NCBI GenBank assembly: GCA_041912575.1
Contig: JAYRMT010000001.1
Coordinates: 1 to 60,682 of the forward strand
Source of the DNA: Fluviicoccus sp.
GTDB taxonomy: Bacteria > Pseudomonadota > Gammaproteobacteria > Pseudomonadales > Moraxellaceae
Direction of reading: 5' to 3'
Length of the DNA: 60,682 bases
This document shows positions 59,257 to 60,682 of the stretch, one piece after another; position 1 is the stretch's first letter; the number at the start of each line of letters is the position of its first letter. The position numbers were made by a program, and so were the translations under genes. The notes beneath the pieces are model-generated. The model was not told where the DNA came from. It was given only the letters and a program-made list of their open reading frames with translations, and made no database searches.

Positions 59257-59859
59257 ATGAGCATTTCCCCGCAGGACATCCTGTTTTTCTGGTTCGGCCC
59301 CTCCGGAGACGCCGTCGCCATGGCCAACCGCCAGTCCGCGTTGTGGTGGTCCAAGGACGAGCGCATTGACGCCGACATGCGCGAGCGCTTCGAGACCACC
59401 GTCCGTACTGCGGCTGACGGGCATCTGGATCACTGGCTCTCGACGGCGGAAGGCCGACTTGCGCTGATCCTGCTGGCGGACCAGTTCCCGCGCAACATCT
59501 GGCGCGACACACCGGCGGCGTTCAGCCTGGACCCGATGGCGCGCAAGCTGTGCAAGGAAGGGATCACGAACGGTGATGACCGCGCGCTGTCACCGCTGCA
59601 ACGGGTCTTTTTCTACCTGCCGCTGGAGCATTCGGAAGACGTCGCGGACCAGGCGCTCAGCGTGCGCAAGTTCCGCGAACTGGCCTCGGAGGTGGAGCCC
59701 GCGCTGATGAAGACCTTCGCCTTTTTTCTGACCTACGCCAATCGCCATGAAAGCGTGATCGCGCGGTTCGGGCGCTTTCCCCACCGGAACGCGATTCTCG
59801 GACGGGACAGCACGCCGGAAGAGCTCGCGTACCTGGCGGAGCCGGGATCGGGATTCTGA
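59257..59859 (+). CDS. DUF924 family protein
   Basis: FWFG, LADQFPRNIWR, FFYLPLEHSE, RFGRFPHRN.ILGRDST. Confidence 0.92.
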   Translation: MSISPQDILFFWFGPSGDAVAMANRQSALWWSKDERIDADMRERFETTVRTAADGHLDHWLSTAEGRLALILLADQFPRNIWRDTPAAFSLDPMARKLCKEGITNGDDRALSPLQRVFFYLPLEHSEDVADQALSVRKFRELASEVEPALMKTFAFFLTYANRHESVIARFGRFPHRNAILGRDSTPEELAYLAEPGSGF

Positions 59860-59908
59860 CCGGCGGCCCATGCGCTATACTTGTCAGTAGCCCCCAAGGA
59901 AGATTTTC

Positions 59909-60682
59909 ATGCGCGCCTTACTTCCTCTCCTGCTGACCTTGGCCCTCACGGCGTGCGGCGGCGGGTCCACGACCTCATCAACATCCGCTCCGCCGCCCTC
60001 CACTGACACGCCTCTGGTCGCCACGGTGAAAAGCGCGTCGATGACCGCAATGATTCACGACGATGTGATCTCGGCGGACGCCTACTATGTGCCGGGCATC
60101 ACGGTGGGGGCGATTGGCGCGGGGGTCGATCTCGGCATCCCTGAATTGCCGAACCTCTCAGCCGCCGAACGCGCCGGCGGCTTCGCGCTCATCACCGCCG
60201 CGAAGACCGGAGCCGATATCCAGGACCTGAATGTCAGCCGCGTCATCCTTGTGAAGGACTCGATCAGCACCGAACTCGCGCCGGGGAGTTTCCGTCTGGT
60301 TCCTGTCAACAACACCAAGAACCAGATGGGCCTCCTGCTCCCGGACGGACTGGATGCTACGTACCTCGCCATCGCCTTCCTGGATTCCGCCAGGCAGACC
60401 GTCTGGCTGGGGGTTCATCTGCATCCAGGCAACCCGGGCTATCGCACCTACAGTCAGGGTCAATTCACCGGAGAAAGTACGGAGGCGCGCTACCAGCCGG
60501 TCCTGCGTTACCAACATGATGCCGGTGGCGCGGCATCCGCTCTTGCGACCCTGTTGCGCAAGGCCGGGGCGAATGTCAGCGAAACGGATGCCATCAACGG
60601 CATGATGACTTACGGCGAAACCGACAAGATCCTGGCGCGGAAGGGGTTTTCCCTGCTGGACATGAAGCTGTACCTGACAGCG
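59909..60682 (+). CDS. Lipoprotein with a C39 peptidase-like domain (partial; runs off the window and is absent from the ORF track)
   Basis: My translation: MRALLPLLLTLALTACGGG lipobox after AAGGA, open to the end; ALATLL...VSE...GM...GFSLLDMK. Confidence 0.78.
   Translation, partial: MRALLPLLLTLALTACGGGSTTSSTSAPPPSTDTPLVATVKSASMTAMIHDDVISADAYYVPGITVGAIGAGVDLGIPELPNLSAAERAGGFALITAAKTGADIQDLNVSRVILVKDSISTELAPGSFRLVPVNNTKNQMGLLLPDGLDATYLAIAFLDSARQTVWLGVHLHPGNPGYRTYSQGQFTGESTEARYQPVLRYQHDAGGAASALATLLRKAGANVSETDAINGMMTYGETDKILARKGFSLLDMKLYLTA

Overview
High-GC gammaproteobacterial chromosomal window. Gene order (sbp-RBBP9 hydrolase-cysTWA, divergent alkR/alkB, comEC-exbBD-msbA-lpxK-ycaR-kdsB-PTP-murB) suggests a Moraxellaceae/Pseudomonadales relative; this is inference only. 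The standout is a ~15 kb, 10-gene co-directional operon (18011-32970) that I cannot match to a characterised pathway. It has an export module (LolA-like, OM barrel, MMPL), then a UbiA-like protein, a class I HMG-CoA reductase fused to an APH/choline-kinase domain, an RPH/PEP-synthase-type dikinase, a YghO/bCerS-like GNAT, an OleC-like adenylating enzyme, a CDP-alcohol phosphotransferase and a CarS (CDP-archaeol synthase)-like protein. It is a candidate pathway for an unknown exported phospholipid with archaeal-style enzyme logic. Other highlights: a decayed integrase-less two-cassette attC array carrying HEPN-like genes (7703-9445); a MaoC plus thiolase pair whose thiolase lacks the nucleophile Cys and catalytic His; two more apparent pseudoenzymes (YcgL/RlaP-type nucleotidyltransferase, C39 peptidase lipoprotein); nested REP elements; mirror-image base skew around both variable islands; and a perfect FNR box upstream of ompW. 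All family calls come from motifs recognised by eye; no searches were run. No rRNA, tRNA, CRISPR array, transposase or integrase was recognised.
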